A stretch of 49,632 nt of DNA from a virus. Its lineage: Duplodnaviria; Caudoviricetes. Below the pieces are notes generated by a model. It was not told the origin of the DNA, made no database searches, and worked only from the letters and a program-made list of their open reading frames with translations. Location of the stretch: the IMG/VR virus record IMGVR_UViG_3300017700_000437, positions 1 to 49,632 of that record. The stretch is one strand, 5' to 3'. Within the stretch, counting starts at the first letter, position 1. Every line of letters begins with the position of its first letter. Made by a program: the position numbers and the translations under genes. Positions 33,569-42,820 of this stretch are shown in pieces.

Positions 33569-34612
33569 ATGGCTGTTCAAGGCGCACTCGCGCTGACTTA
33601 TGCTGACTGGGCAAAGCGAATGGACGACGGCTTCCGCGTCGCCACCATCATCGAGTTGCTCTCTCAGACCAACGAAATCCTTGACGACATCATCGTCATG
33701 GAAGGCAACCTCCCCACGGGCCACAAGACCACGGTCCGTACCGGCCTCCCGCAGGCCACTTGGCGCTTGCTCAACGCAGGCGTCCCCAACGCGAAGTCCA
33801 CCACCGCGCAGATCGTCGACACTTGCGGCAATCTCGAAACCTACGCCGTGATCGACAAGGACATCGCGGACCTCAACGGCAATACCGCGGAGTTCCGTCT
33901 CTCCGAAGTCCGTGCCTTCCTCCAGGGCATGTCCCAGCAGGTCGCTGCAACCCTCATCTACGGCAACCAGCATCTCAACCCTGAGCGCTTCACTGGCCTT
34001 GCCCCGCGGTACTCCACCATCACCGCCGCGAACTCAGCCACGGCCGCGAACGTCCTCGACGCTGGTGGCACCGCAAGCACGAACACCTCCATGTGGCTCG
34101 TCACTTGGGGCTCGGATACCATCCATGGCATCTTCCCCAAGGGCAAGATGACCGGCCTCCAGCATCGCGACATGGGCGAATGGCCCGTAGCCGACGCCTC
34201 GGGCAACACCTACCAAGCCTACCGCGACCACTTCAAGTGGGAGATCGGCCTCGTCCTCCGTGACTGGCGCTACGTCGCACGCATCGCGAACATCGACGTG
34301 ACCCAGCTCACCGGCGTCAGCGCCGCGAACCTGATCAACCTGATCGTCCGCGGACTCTACCGCCTGCCCACTGCCCCTGCTGGCGCCACTGGCATCCAGA
34401 CCTCGGACACTCCGATGGTCCGCGCCAACATGGGCCGCGTGGTCATCTACTGCAACCGCATCATCCGCACTTACCTCGATCTCCAAGCAATGAACAAGAC
34501 CAACGTCCTGCTTCGTCTCGAAGAGTTCAACGGTAAGGTCGTCACCACGTTCCGGGGCATCCCGGTGCGCACGGTCGACGCGATCCTCAACAACGAAGCC
34601 CAAGTAACCTGA
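33569..34612 (+). CDS. Major capsid protein (BPP-1 Bbp17 / epsilon15 gp7-like)
   Basis: IIELLSQTNEILDD, EGNLPTGHKTTVRTGLP, PERFTGLAPRY, GLVLRDWRYVARIANID, FRGIPVR.VDAI. Confidence 0.92.
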   Translation: MAVQGALALTYADWAKRMDDGFRVATIIELLSQTNEILDDIIVMEGNLPTGHKTTVRTGLPQATWRLLNAGVPNAKSTTAQIVDTCGNLETYAVIDKDIADLNGNTAEFRLSEVRAFLQGMSQQVAATLIYGNQHLNPERFTGLAPRYSTITAANSATAANVLDAGGTASTNTSMWLVTWGSDTIHGIFPKGKMTGLQHRDMGEWPVADASGNTYQAYRDHFKWEIGLVLRDWRYVARIANIDVTQLTGVSAANLINLIVRGLYRLPTAPAGATGIQTSDTPMVRANMGRVVIYCNRIIRTYLDLQAMNKTNVLLRLEEFNGKVVTTFRGIPVRTVDAILNNEAQVT

Positions 34613-34627
34613 TAGGAGCCCTACGCC

Positions 34628-35152
34628 ATGATCCTCGATTCACTTCTCATGTTCTCCACGGCGCAGGACCTCTTCACCCCTGCGGCCGGTGCTATCGATA
34701 GCACCAACACTATCGACCTCGGCGTCACCTCGGGCATTCCCTCGTCCGCGAATGGTGGCGGCGCCCGTGATATCGGCGCGGGTGATGACCCTGCGCTCGA
34801 GATCATGGTCATCGCAGCCACGGCATTCGTGGGCGGCACCAGCCTCGCCGTCTCCGTCCAAGGCGCTCCTGATGACGGTACCGGCGCTCCCGGTTCCTTC
34901 ACCCCGATGGCAAACATCCCTGCCGTCGTCACCGCCAACCTCGACGCCGGTCAGGCCATCGGCAACATCACCGTCCCGCGTCCGGTCCCCGGGCAGGTCC
35001 TCCCCCGCTTCCTCAAACTGGTCTACACCACCGTGGGCGATTTCTCTGCAGGCACCGTGACTGCTGGTATCGTCCTCGATCGTGACGACCAGATCGTGGG
35101 TCTCAATGGTCAGTACTCCGGCTATCCCGCCGGTCTCACCGTCGCGAACTGA
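34628..35152 (+). CDS. Capsid cement/decoration protein (Bbp16-like)
   Basis: MILD..L.FS, STNTIDLG, RFLKLVY, AGTVTAGI; directly after the capsid gene. Confidence 0.75.
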   Translation: MILDSLLMFSTAQDLFTPAAGAIDSTNTIDLGVTSGIPSSANGGGARDIGAGDDPALEIMVIAATAFVGGTSLAVSVQGAPDDGTGAPGSFTPMANIPAVVTANLDAGQAIGNITVPRPVPGQVLPRFLKLVYTTVGDFSAGTVTAGIVLDRDDQIVGLNGQYSGYPAGLTVAN

Positions 35153-35163
35153 GGGAGCACATC

Positions 35164-35790
35164 ATGAAGCGTTTCCTCCTTGGAGCCTTGGGCCTACTGG
35201 CCCTCGGCAGTGCCGCATTAGCACAGGTCAACACCGTTCCGCAGGTTGGTGTCTACACTGGCTACGTGCCGAAGCAGACCTACGCCGCAGTGGCAATCGG
35301 CCTTGTTCTACCCGCCACCCCAACCGATGCCTTTTGCATCACAGGCTCAGCCTCGAAGACCATTCGCGTCAATGGCATTCGTGTCTCGGGTACTATCACT
35401 ACCGCGGTCAATATCCCCGCGGTAGTCCTGCGTCGAAACACCGCGGACACTGGCGGTACCCCTGCCAGCACCACGGCGAACCCAGCGAATACCGTCGGCA
35501 AGATGGATTCGACGTTCGGCACGCACACGGCGACGTTGGTCTCCTACACCGCCAATCCAACGATCAACGACACCTCGCCCACCTACCTACGCACGCAGAC
35601 CCTGCCCCTGACCGCAGCAACCGGTGCTGTTCCGCCGCTGCTGTTTGACTTCAGTCTCTACGCTGACGTCAACGGTCAAATCCCAACCCTGCGTGGTGCA
35701 GCCCAGCAGCTGTGCTTGAACTTCAACGCCACGGCAGCGACGCTGACCGGCAACTCCCTACAAATCGACATCCAGTGGACTGAGGAGTAA
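35164..35790 (+). CDS. Signal-peptide-bearing beta-rich protein of the virion module
   Basis: MKRFLLGALGLLALGSAALA|Q; 2 Cys; ends IQWTEE. Confidence 0.75.
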   Translation: MKRFLLGALGLLALGSAALAQVNTVPQVGVYTGYVPKQTYAAVAIGLVLPATPTDAFCITGSASKTIRVNGIRVSGTITTAVNIPAVVLRRNTADTGGTPASTTANPANTVGKMDSTFGTHTATLVSYTANPTINDTSPTYLRTQTLPLTAATGAVPPLLFDFSLYADVNGQIPTLRGAAQQLCLNFNATAATLTGNSLQIDIQWTEE

Positions 35791-35794
35791 CCTC

Positions 35795-36199
35795 ATGCAA
35801 CGCACCATCGCCGCACTGCTAATCTACCTCGGGCTAGCCAGTGCGGCGCTGGCCCAGCAATCCGTATTCGTCCCTGCGACCACGAACCAGATCGCCATCG
35901 CAGGCACCGTCGCAGCGTCCACCCGCATCGTCACTGGCGTTGCAGGCAAACGCATCTACGTCACTGCCTTGCTCCTCACTCCCGTGGCAACCGGAGTCGT
36001 CACCTTCACCACCGGCACCGGCACCAACTGCGGCACCAGCACCGCCTCAGTCACTGGCGCCATGACCTTCGCGGCAGGCCAAGAAGTAAACTGGGGCACC
36101 GGCAATGGCGCTCTATTCGTCCTGCCTGCCGGCTTCGATCTCTGCATCACTATCGCCACGGCAGTAGCACCGGGGGCACTCGCTTATGCGATATTCTAA
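35795..36199 (+). CDS. Signal-peptide-bearing beta-rich protein of the virion module
   Basis: MQRTIAALLIYLGLASAALA|Q; 2 Cys. Confidence 0.75.
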   Translation: MQRTIAALLIYLGLASAALAQQSVFVPATTNQIAIAGTVAASTRIVTGVAGKRIYVTALLLTPVATGVVTFTTGTGTNCGTSTASVTGAMTFAAGQEVNWGTGNGALFVLPAGFDLCITIATAVAPGALAYAIF

Positions 36200-37610
36200 G
36201 CGCCTTCTCCTTGCGCTCGCATTAGCCCCATCCTTCGCGTTCGCGCAAGCGCCACAGGTCAACGACGTCCAACTGCGCCCCGGCTCCTCAGCCCTTTGGG
36301 GCGCAGCCTACAACGTCAACAACAACCAAGACATCTCCCAATACAACACCGCCGGATCCGTCGTCGATTCCTTCCGCTGGTTCCAAGGCGCCAGCCCCAG
36401 CTCTGCCCTGCAACTCTGGGCCGTCGGCCCCACCGGTGCCCTCGTTGGCACCCCCACCGGCAGCCGCCAAGGCGCTGGCACCCTCAACGCTCAGGGCCTA
36501 TTCGTCAATGGCGTAGCCGTATCCACCAGTAGTGGTGGCACACCCGGCGGCTCCTCGGGCCAAATCCAATTCAATGACGCCGGGGCCTTCGGAGGCTTCA
36601 CCACCTCTGGCGACGCCACGATCAACACCGCCTCTGGCGCCTTGACCCTCGCCACGGTCAACGCCGGTGTCGGAAGCTTCGGCTCCGCTACTGCCTGTAC
36701 TGCCTTCACCACCAATGCCAAGGGTTTAATCACCGCCGCATCCGCCACGACTTGCACCCCAGCCATCGCCAGCATCACCGGCCTTGGCACAGGCATCGCA
36801 ACTGCTCTTGCTATCAACATTGGTTCCGCTGGGGCCCCAGTTCTATTCAACGGTGCTGGAGGCACTCCATCTTCTCTTGTCGGCACCAACATCACCGGAA
36901 TCGCTGCGGGTTTAACCGCAGGCACCGCTAGTGCCGTTGCTGTTGGCGGTATCACCGGACTTGGCGCCAATGTAGCTACTGCCCTCGCCGTCAATGTCGG
37001 CTCAGCGGGTGCATTCACCACATTTAATGGCGCCTTAGGCACTCCATCTTCTGGTGGCATCACCAACCTCACCGGCACTTGCACCGCCTGCACCGCGAAT
37101 GCATTCACTGCTGGCAGTGCCGCCAACCTCACTTCAGGTACCCTACCTGCTGCCCGTACCAATGGCCATATGAATGGCACGGCTACGAACGATAATGCGG
37201 CTGCGGGTGAGGTCGGTGAATACGTTGAACTCAATGTTGCTTCTGGCTCAGCTGTTTCCCTCACTACAGGCACCCCGGCCAACATTGGTGCTGGCATCAG
37301 TCTCACCGCTGGAGATTGGGATGTAACCGCCAACGTTACCTACGTCCCTGCCGCGACCACCAACTTTACTCTATCAATCCACAGCATCTCAAACACCTCC
37401 GCCACACAGGACACAACCACCGGCAACGCCTATAACATCTACCGCTTCCCGGCTGGCAATGTTCCTGTTGCTGGTTTCAACACCGCGTCTGTTGGCCCAG
37501 TTCGCAAGAGTCTATCCGGCACCACAACCATTTTCCTCGTAGCGCAAGCTTCGTTCACAGTTAGCACGATGTCGGCTTACGGCATCATAAGGGCCCGACG
37601 GGTTCGTTAA
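36186..37610 (+). CDS. Tail fibre-like protein with signal peptide
   Basis: MRYSKRLLLALALAPSFAFA|Q; G/A/T-rich; GQIQFNDAGAFGG; internal repeat ITGLG..ATALA.N.GSAGA; C-terminal IRARRVR. Confidence 0.7.
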   Translation: MRYSKRLLLALALAPSFAFAQAPQVNDVQLRPGSSALWGAAYNVNNNQDISQYNTAGSVVDSFRWFQGASPSSALQLWAVGPTGALVGTPTGSRQGAGTLNAQGLFVNGVAVSTSSGGTPGGSSGQIQFNDAGAFGGFTTSGDATINTASGALTLATVNAGVGSFGSATACTAFTTNAKGLITAASATTCTPAIASITGLGTGIATALAINIGSAGAPVLFNGAGGTPSSLVGTNITGIAAGLTAGTASAVAVGGITGLGANVATALAVNVGSAGAFTTFNGALGTPSSGGITNLTGTCTACTANAFTAGSAANLTSGTLPAARTNGHMNGTATNDNAAAGEVGEYVELNVASGSAVSLTTGTPANIGAGISLTAGDWDVTANVTYVPAATTNFTLSIHSISNTSATQDTTTGNAYNIYRFPAGNVPVAGFNTASVGPVRKSLSGTTTIFLVAQASFTVSTMSAYGIIRARRVR

Positions 37611-37621
37611 AGGAGACTACA

Positions 37622-38188
37622 ATGTCTGAATGTCCACGTTGGCGCTTAACCGCCCCGCACTATCTCAACGTCGCACAGTACCAAGACGGCACCAAGATCG
37701 AATGGGAGCACAAGGAAACCAACGCCATCAACGGCCGCGCCGTGCGCAAGCTCTTCCCCGTGCCGCTGATGCTCAACCCCGAGGACCCGGGTGACTTCAA
37801 CTATCCCGGCGAGATCATCGTCACGCAGGAGGTCGAAGGTGGTCGCCCTATGCCGCAGGACTACATCTTCACCGGCGCACCCACCCGTGATATGGAGCCG
37901 CTCAACCAAGCCGCCGAAGCCGAAAGCGACAAGCATCGCGCGCGCTGGATCCACCCGGTCGAAACCCTTCCGCCCAACGGCGGCATGAACCAAGACGAGA
38001 TGAACTTCATGAAGACCATGATGGCCGACTTCGCAAAGCAGGTTGGCGCCAGCCTGCCGCAGAACAACGCCACCGTTCCGCGTGAGGACTACGACGAACT
38101 CAAGGAGCGTCTTGCGAAGCTTGAGGCAATGATCATGGCGCAGAACGCCGCCAAGCCTGAGAGTGCAACTCCTGTGCGTCGAGCTTAA
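37622..38188 (+). CDS. Hypothetical protein
   Basis: SD AAGGAG; C-terminal coiled coil. Confidence 0.75.
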   Translation: MSECPRWRLTAPHYLNVAQYQDGTKIEWEHKETNAINGRAVRKLFPVPLMLNPEDPGDFNYPGEIIVTQEVEGGRPMPQDYIFTGAPTRDMEPLNQAAEAESDKHRARWIHPVETLPPNGGMNQDEMNFMKTMMADFAKQVGASLPQNNATVPREDYDELKERLAKLEAMIMAQNAAKPESATPVRRA

Positions 38189-38192
38189 CGCC

Positions 38193-38618
38193 ATGTCCTC
38201 CCAAACTGACCTAGACCAAGGCGGGACCTTCCGCCAGATCGATCGGGTCTGGATGGGACCCTCTGTCGGCTGGCAGCAAGTCATGCAAGCCGCCGTTCTC
38301 GACATCGTCGCCGCGGGCACCTACGACATTGCCCGCGGCACCACGTTGATCAAGATCAACGTCAACGGCAACGTGACACTCAATCTTCCATCCTCGCGCG
38401 CAAGCTTGGCTGGCCCTCAGGCCATCCCGGGCCAATTCGTCCTTGCCCCCGTGACAATCGTGGACATCGGAGGCTTCGCGGACTCCAACACCTACAGCGT
38501 AGTCCCCGCCGGCGCCGAAACCATCTCAGGCCTTGCCTCTGTGGACCTCGCCTCTTCACGCGGCTCCTTGATCCTTGAACCCCTCCTCGATACCGGTGGA
38601 TGGAATCTAATCCAATGA
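38193..38618 (+). CDS. Small fibre-associated protein
   Basis: Pattern TLNLP...TIVDIGG...PAGAETISG, common in fibre and baseplate small domains. Confidence 0.6.
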   Translation: MSSQTDLDQGGTFRQIDRVWMGPSVGWQQVMQAAVLDIVAAGTYDIARGTTLIKINVNGNVTLNLPSSRASLAGPQAIPGQFVLAPVTIVDIGGFADSNTYSVVPAGAETISGLASVDLASSRGSLILEPLLDTGGWNLIQ

Positions 38619-39868
38619 AACGTCTTCTGCTCTTTGCATTCTTGCTCTTTCCATCCCTGGCTTCAGCCCAGTGCAATGGCATCTTCGCCAATAACACCGT
38701 CTGTGGCAACATCACCGGCTCGTCCAACCTCCCGCGCCCGACAAACCCCAGCGCGTTCCTCGGTGCAGCTGGCGGCCTTAACGGTCAAATCCAGTACAAC
38801 AATGCGGGCGCGCTTGGCGGTTTAACCGACACAGAAGTTACCGCTAGAATCAATGTCTTCACCGGCCTTCTCTCAGGCGCTGCCCCTGCTTCTGGTGGTG
38901 GCACTGTTAATTACCTCCGTGCTGACGGCACTTGGGCTCCACCGACTTCCTCAGCAGCAGTCACACTGCCACAAGGGCGCATTACCCTTACCTCAGGAAC
39001 CCCAATCACCACTACCGATGTGGTTGGTGCTACCACCATCTACTACACCCCATACTACGGCACCAACGTCGTCGTCTACAACGGCACGGTGTTTATCTCC
39101 GCGCCGACGGGTGGAGAACTCTCTGTAGTCCTCGGTGCCAACTGGACCACTAACACCAATTATGATTGGTTCATTGGCTACGACGGCGCCACACTACGCT
39201 TCTGTTCTGGGCCAGCATGGTCATCCGCCGTGCTCCGTGGATCAGGCGCAGGCACCACCGAAATCACGCAGGTATCTGGTATATACCTCAATGCCAACTC
39301 TATCACCTGTCGCTATGGCAACGCTACGACCTTCACGTGTGCGGTTCAACGCTGCACCTACATCGGCACCTCGCGGACCACTGGTGCTGGGCAGATGGAA
39401 GATTCCAACGCCAAGCGATTTATCTACAACACATTTAACCAAGTCCTTAGAACCATGCTTGTGGTTGAGGCCACAGCATCGTGGGCATATTCCACTGCAG
39501 ATTACCAACAAGCGAATGCATCGGCAGCTAATCAACTAGCTTATATCGCCGGCCTTGTCGGCTCACCTGTTACTGCCAACGTCATCACAGTCGTTCTCAA
39601 CAGCACCGCCACTCCACGAATTGTCTACGCTGGTATCGGTGTAGATTCCACCACAATCAATGGGCGAACTACATCAAACTTCACTCGCATCGGCGATGCT
39701 ACTTTATCCAGCGCTGGCGGGCCAACCGCGCAATACTTCGGCTACACCCAACTCGGCTACCACTACCTCGCTTGGTTAGAAAAGGGCGCCGGGACCGACA
39801 CCCAAACATGGTTCGGCGTTTCTGGCTCCGACTACCAGACCGGCATTTATGGAACACTCGTCCAATGA
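38615..39868 (+). CDS. Tail fibre/spike-like protein with signal peptide
   Basis: MKRLLLFAFLLFPSLASA|Q; GQIQYNNAGALGG; YLRADGTWAPP; PQGRITLTSGTP; 6 Cys. Confidence 0.7.
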   Translation: MKRLLLFAFLLFPSLASAQCNGIFANNTVCGNITGSSNLPRPTNPSAFLGAAGGLNGQIQYNNAGALGGLTDTEVTARINVFTGLLSGAAPASGGGTVNYLRADGTWAPPTSSAAVTLPQGRITLTSGTPITTTDVVGATTIYYTPYYGTNVVVYNGTVFISAPTGGELSVVLGANWTTNTNYDWFIGYDGATLRFCSGPAWSSAVLRGSGAGTTEITQVSGIYLNANSITCRYGNATTFTCAVQRCTYIGTSRTTGAGQMEDSNAKRFIYNTFNQVLRTMLVVEATASWAYSTADYQQANASAANQLAYIAGLVGSPVTANVITVVLNSTATPRIVYAGIGVDSTTINGRTTSNFTRIGDATLSSAGGPTAQYFGYTQLGYHYLAWLEKGAGTDTQTWFGVSGSDYQTGIYGTLVQ

Positions 39869-40761
39869 AAAAGCTGCTCCTTTCACTATTACTCCTGACC
39901 TCACCAGTGTACGCGCAACTGGCATCAGTTGGCTCTGCCATTGATCCATTTATCATCATCGAACCTGCTGATCCCACCATTGCGCCCGGATTCAAAAATC
40001 CCGCCGGGCGTACCCTGGCCAACTACGCCACCATCGGCGGCAGCAAGCGATGTAACATCGTCTGGTTCGGTCAATCCAACTCCGGAGCCAATTACGCCAG
40101 CCCGGGTTATGTCATCTCCAACCCGACCACTATCTACAACTTCAATATCTACAGCGGCGGCCTTTACCTCACCAGCGCTCCCCTTCTTGGTGGCGGTGGG
40201 CCACCAAACCTAGTTACCGGCGGCTCCGCTTTAGGCGGTGGCAACTCCCTCAACGCCATTGCCGATAGCCTAATCGCCAGCGGCACTTGTGATCGGGTAG
40301 TCTTAATCCCCGCCTCGATATCTTCTACCACTGCCGCGGATTGGGCCACCGGATCACAAACTCAACGAATAATCGTTACCGCCCGTCGGCTTGCCGCGAA
40401 TGGAATTCCCGTTTCGGCAGTGTGCTGGACGCAAGGCGAATCCGATACCGCAGCAGGAACCTCTCAAGCATCCTACACCGCGTCGCTTACCGCGATAATC
40501 TCCACCATACAAGCCCAAGCCGCGTTTTCCGGTGTGCCTATTTTCATCTCCAAGACCAGCTACTATCTTGGTACCACAGCGACTAATGTAACCAATCCAC
40601 AAGTTGCAGCGGTAAACGGCACAACGGTATTCTCTCTCGGTGACTCTGATACCATTGGCGCTGGCGGACGTCGTGACGATATCCACTTCAACGCGGGTGG
40701 CATAACCAGTTGGGCCGCCATCGCCGCGCCAGCATTGGCTGCAAATCTAATCGTAAGGTGA
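39865..40761 (+). CDS. SGNH/sialate O-acetylesterase (SASA)-like esterase with signal peptide
   Basis: MKKLLLSLLLLTSPVYA|Q; catalytic blocks GQSN, WTQGESD, DDIH. Confidence 0.8.
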   Translation: MKKLLLSLLLLTSPVYAQLASVGSAIDPFIIIEPADPTIAPGFKNPAGRTLANYATIGGSKRCNIVWFGQSNSGANYASPGYVISNPTTIYNFNIYSGGLYLTSAPLLGGGGPPNLVTGGSALGGGNSLNAIADSLIASGTCDRVVLIPASISSTTAADWATGSQTQRIIVTARRLAANGIPVSAVCWTQGESDTAAGTSQASYTASLTAIISTIQAQAAFSGVPIFISKTSYYLGTTATNVTNPQVAAVNGTTVFSLGDSDTIGAGGRRDDIHFNAGGITSWAAIAAPALAANLIVR

Positions 40762-40767
40762 TCCGCA

Positions 40768-40968
40768 ATGGACAAACCCACCCTTGTTCAATACCTCGCC
40801 AATCTCCACACGCTGCTCGCGGCCCAAAGCAGTGGTGCGCACTCAGTCCCCTCAGCAGTTCTGAGCGCAGAATACGATCGTAACTGGGCCTTGCTGAAGG
40901 AGAAAATCGCAGATGAAACAAGGACCGAGCACGAGCAAAGCGGGCGACCAGAAACGGGAGCCGATTAG
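40768..40968 (+). CDS. Hypothetical protein
   Basis: 66 aa, SD AAGGTG. Confidence 0.55.
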   Translation: MDKPTLVQYLANLHTLLAAQSSGAHSVPSAVLSAEYDRNWALLKEKIADETRTEHEQSGRPETGAD

Positions 40969-41110
40969 CCACGCAGTGAGCCCCTGCGCCGCGGGTGACA
41001 TTGGCCTCCAGTACGTCGGCAAAAGTGAGCCGCTGTACGAAGGCCGTGGCATCGAGGCGCCTCTCGCTGGCACTGACTACCACCCCAAGGGTTCACAAGG
41101 AAAGCACTGA
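40913..41110 (+). CDS. Hypothetical small protein
   Basis: SD AAGGAG; ends GSQGKH. Confidence 0.6.
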   Translation: MKQGPSTSKAGDQKREPISHAVSPCAAGDIGLQYVGKSEPLYEGRGIEAPLAGTDYHPKGSQGKH

Positions 41111-41532
41111 TGTCAGATATTGAAAACGACGAGAACGCCAACCTGATCGATGACGCCGAGGAGGCCACCATTGGCATGTCCGAGATCGAAGGTTTCGATT
41201 TCGAACGCGCCGTGCAGCTGATGTCGGCCATCGAGAAATGCGCCACTGTCGGCGTGAAGGCGACCTCAATCGCGGGGCTTGCCCAAGCAGCGCTCAATGA
41301 GATGAACGAGAAAGCCAAGGCCATCGCCAAGCGTCGGGCCGCGGAGTTCGCGAAGGTCGAAGCCGCAGCTGCTGCTAAGGCCGCCGCGGAACGTCGCGCC
41401 AAGGAGGAAGCCGATGCGGAAGCCGCGGCTGAAGCCAAGGCCGCCGCTGACGCCAAGGTCCGGGTCCCGCGGGCAATCCCCACCCGTGCTCCCGCGCCTA
41501 CCCCCACCGAATCCAACGGACGGAGGCTCTAA
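41110..41532 (+). CDS. Hypothetical Ala-rich protein
   Basis: TGATG coupling. Confidence 0.65.
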   Translation: MSDIENDENANLIDDAEEATIGMSEIEGFDFERAVQLMSAIEKCATVGVKATSIAGLAQAALNEMNEKAKAIAKRRAAEFAKVEAAAAAKAAAERRAKEEADAEAAAEAKAAADAKVRVPRAIPTRAPAPTPTESNGRRL

Positions 41533-41741
41533 TGGGCGTCACCCGCGATGGCGGCAAGCCCGTCAAGCACGATCTCAACTACTCCCCGCCGCAGGGGCCG
41601 TCAGACCAGTACCACAACTCCGTGGGCCTCGGCGGCGACAACTACGGCGTTCAGCGCCAGCCCGTGTGCCATGACCGCGAATCCGGCTCTCCCGGCATCG
41701 GCGGCACCAACCACGGTAACAACCCGTCGAGGAATCGGTAA
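41532..41741 (+). CDS. Hypothetical Gly-rich small protein
   Basis: TAATG coupling, SD GGAGG. Confidence 0.6.
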   Translation: MGVTRDGGKPVKHDLNYSPPQGPSDQYHNSVGLGGDNYGVQRQPVCHDRESGSPGIGGTNHGNNPSRNR

Positions 41742-42820
41742 TGACCTCAGTCACGGACATCTGCAACCGAATGCTGCAAACCATCGGCACGCGGACGACC
41801 GTGACTGATGCCGAACTCGCCAACGACGACACCAACGAGGCCATTCAGTTCAACCTCATCTACGAGAACACCCGTGATGACTTGGCCCGAATGGCCCCGT
41901 GGAACTGCGTCCTCAAGACCGCGAACCTCACGTACATCTCCAGCCTCCCCGGCACACCGGAGAACACTTCCCCCGCGACGCAACTGTGGACCCCAGGCCA
42001 ACCGGCCCCGCCATGGTCCTATGAATATCAATACCCCGTCGACTGCCTCCGCGCAGTGCAACTCCTCGCGGCGAACCAGACTACTCAGGGCAACGCTCCC
42101 GTGGGCATTGGCGTCGGTGCTGTAGGCCAACAATGGCTTGGGCCCCCGCCGAAGTTCCGCGTCCAAACCGATTTGTTCTACCCCGTCACGGCGGCCGCTG
42201 TAGTCGCAGGAGGCACTGGCTATGCAGTGGGCGATATCATTACCCTCCCGATCGGACCCATTACTTCTCCACCCATTGGTGCGCCTGTTCAACTCCGAGT
42301 TGCGACCCTCGCTGGTTCAGCTGTCGCTACCGTCTCAGTGGTCAACGTCATCGCTGGTTCAGCCACACCTCAGGGCGGCAGCTACTTCGCCCCTCAGACC
42401 GGCACCATCGCCCAGTCCTCAACCACCGGCTCGGGCACTGGCGCCACCTTCACCCTGACCCACGGCGCCCAAGGCGACCAGCGTGTCATCCTCACGAACC
42501 AAGAATTCGCCACGCTCCAATACTGTCGCCAAGTCACCAACCCCAACGTCTGGGACACCCTGTTCCAAACCGCCCTCATCAACGCCGGGGCCGCCAATCT
42601 CCAGATGGCCCTCCGTGGCGACCGCGGCTTTGCCAACGATCTCGTCAAGGAGGTCAACGCCGCCATCGAAGCCGCGCGCTCGATCGACGGTAACGAGGGC
42701 TTCATCGTCAACGACGTCACCCCTGACTTCATCCGCGTCCGCGGCATCGCCTACGAAGGCCTTGTCACTGGGCCCTTTAGCAACTTCGACTGGGGAGGGG
42801 GCTGGCCCAGCTTCGCATGA
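41741..42820 (+). CDS. Tail tubular protein A / head-tail adaptor (T7 gp11-like) with inserted domain
   Basis: MTSVTDICNRML..IG, PWN, WSYEYQYPVDCLR, WDTLF, ARSIDGNE. Confidence 0.75.
   Translation: MTSVTDICNRMLQTIGTRTTVTDAELANDDTNEAIQFNLIYENTRDDLARMAPWNCVLKTANLTYISSLPGTPENTSPATQLWTPGQPAPPWSYEYQYPVDCLRAVQLLAANQTTQGNAPVGIGVGAVGQQWLGPPPKFRVQTDLFYPVTAAAVVAGGTGYAVGDIITLPIGPITSPPIGAPVQLRVATLAGSAVATVSVVNVIAGSATPQGGSYFAPQTGTIAQSSTTGSGTGATFTLTHGAQGDQRVILTNQEFATLQYCRQVTNPNVWDTLFQTALINAGAANLQMALRGDRGFANDLVKEVNAAIEAARSIDGNEGFIVNDVTPDFIRVRGIAYEGLVTGPFSNFDWGGGWPSFA

Noticed and set aside
36186-39868. Diversity-generating retroelement as in BPP-1
   Set aside because: There is no reverse transcriptase ORF, and I saw no template/variable repeat pair differing at adenines.
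41350-41460. AAAAKAAAE-type repeats
   Set aside because: Ordinary low-complexity helical protein sequence, not a DNA repeat element.
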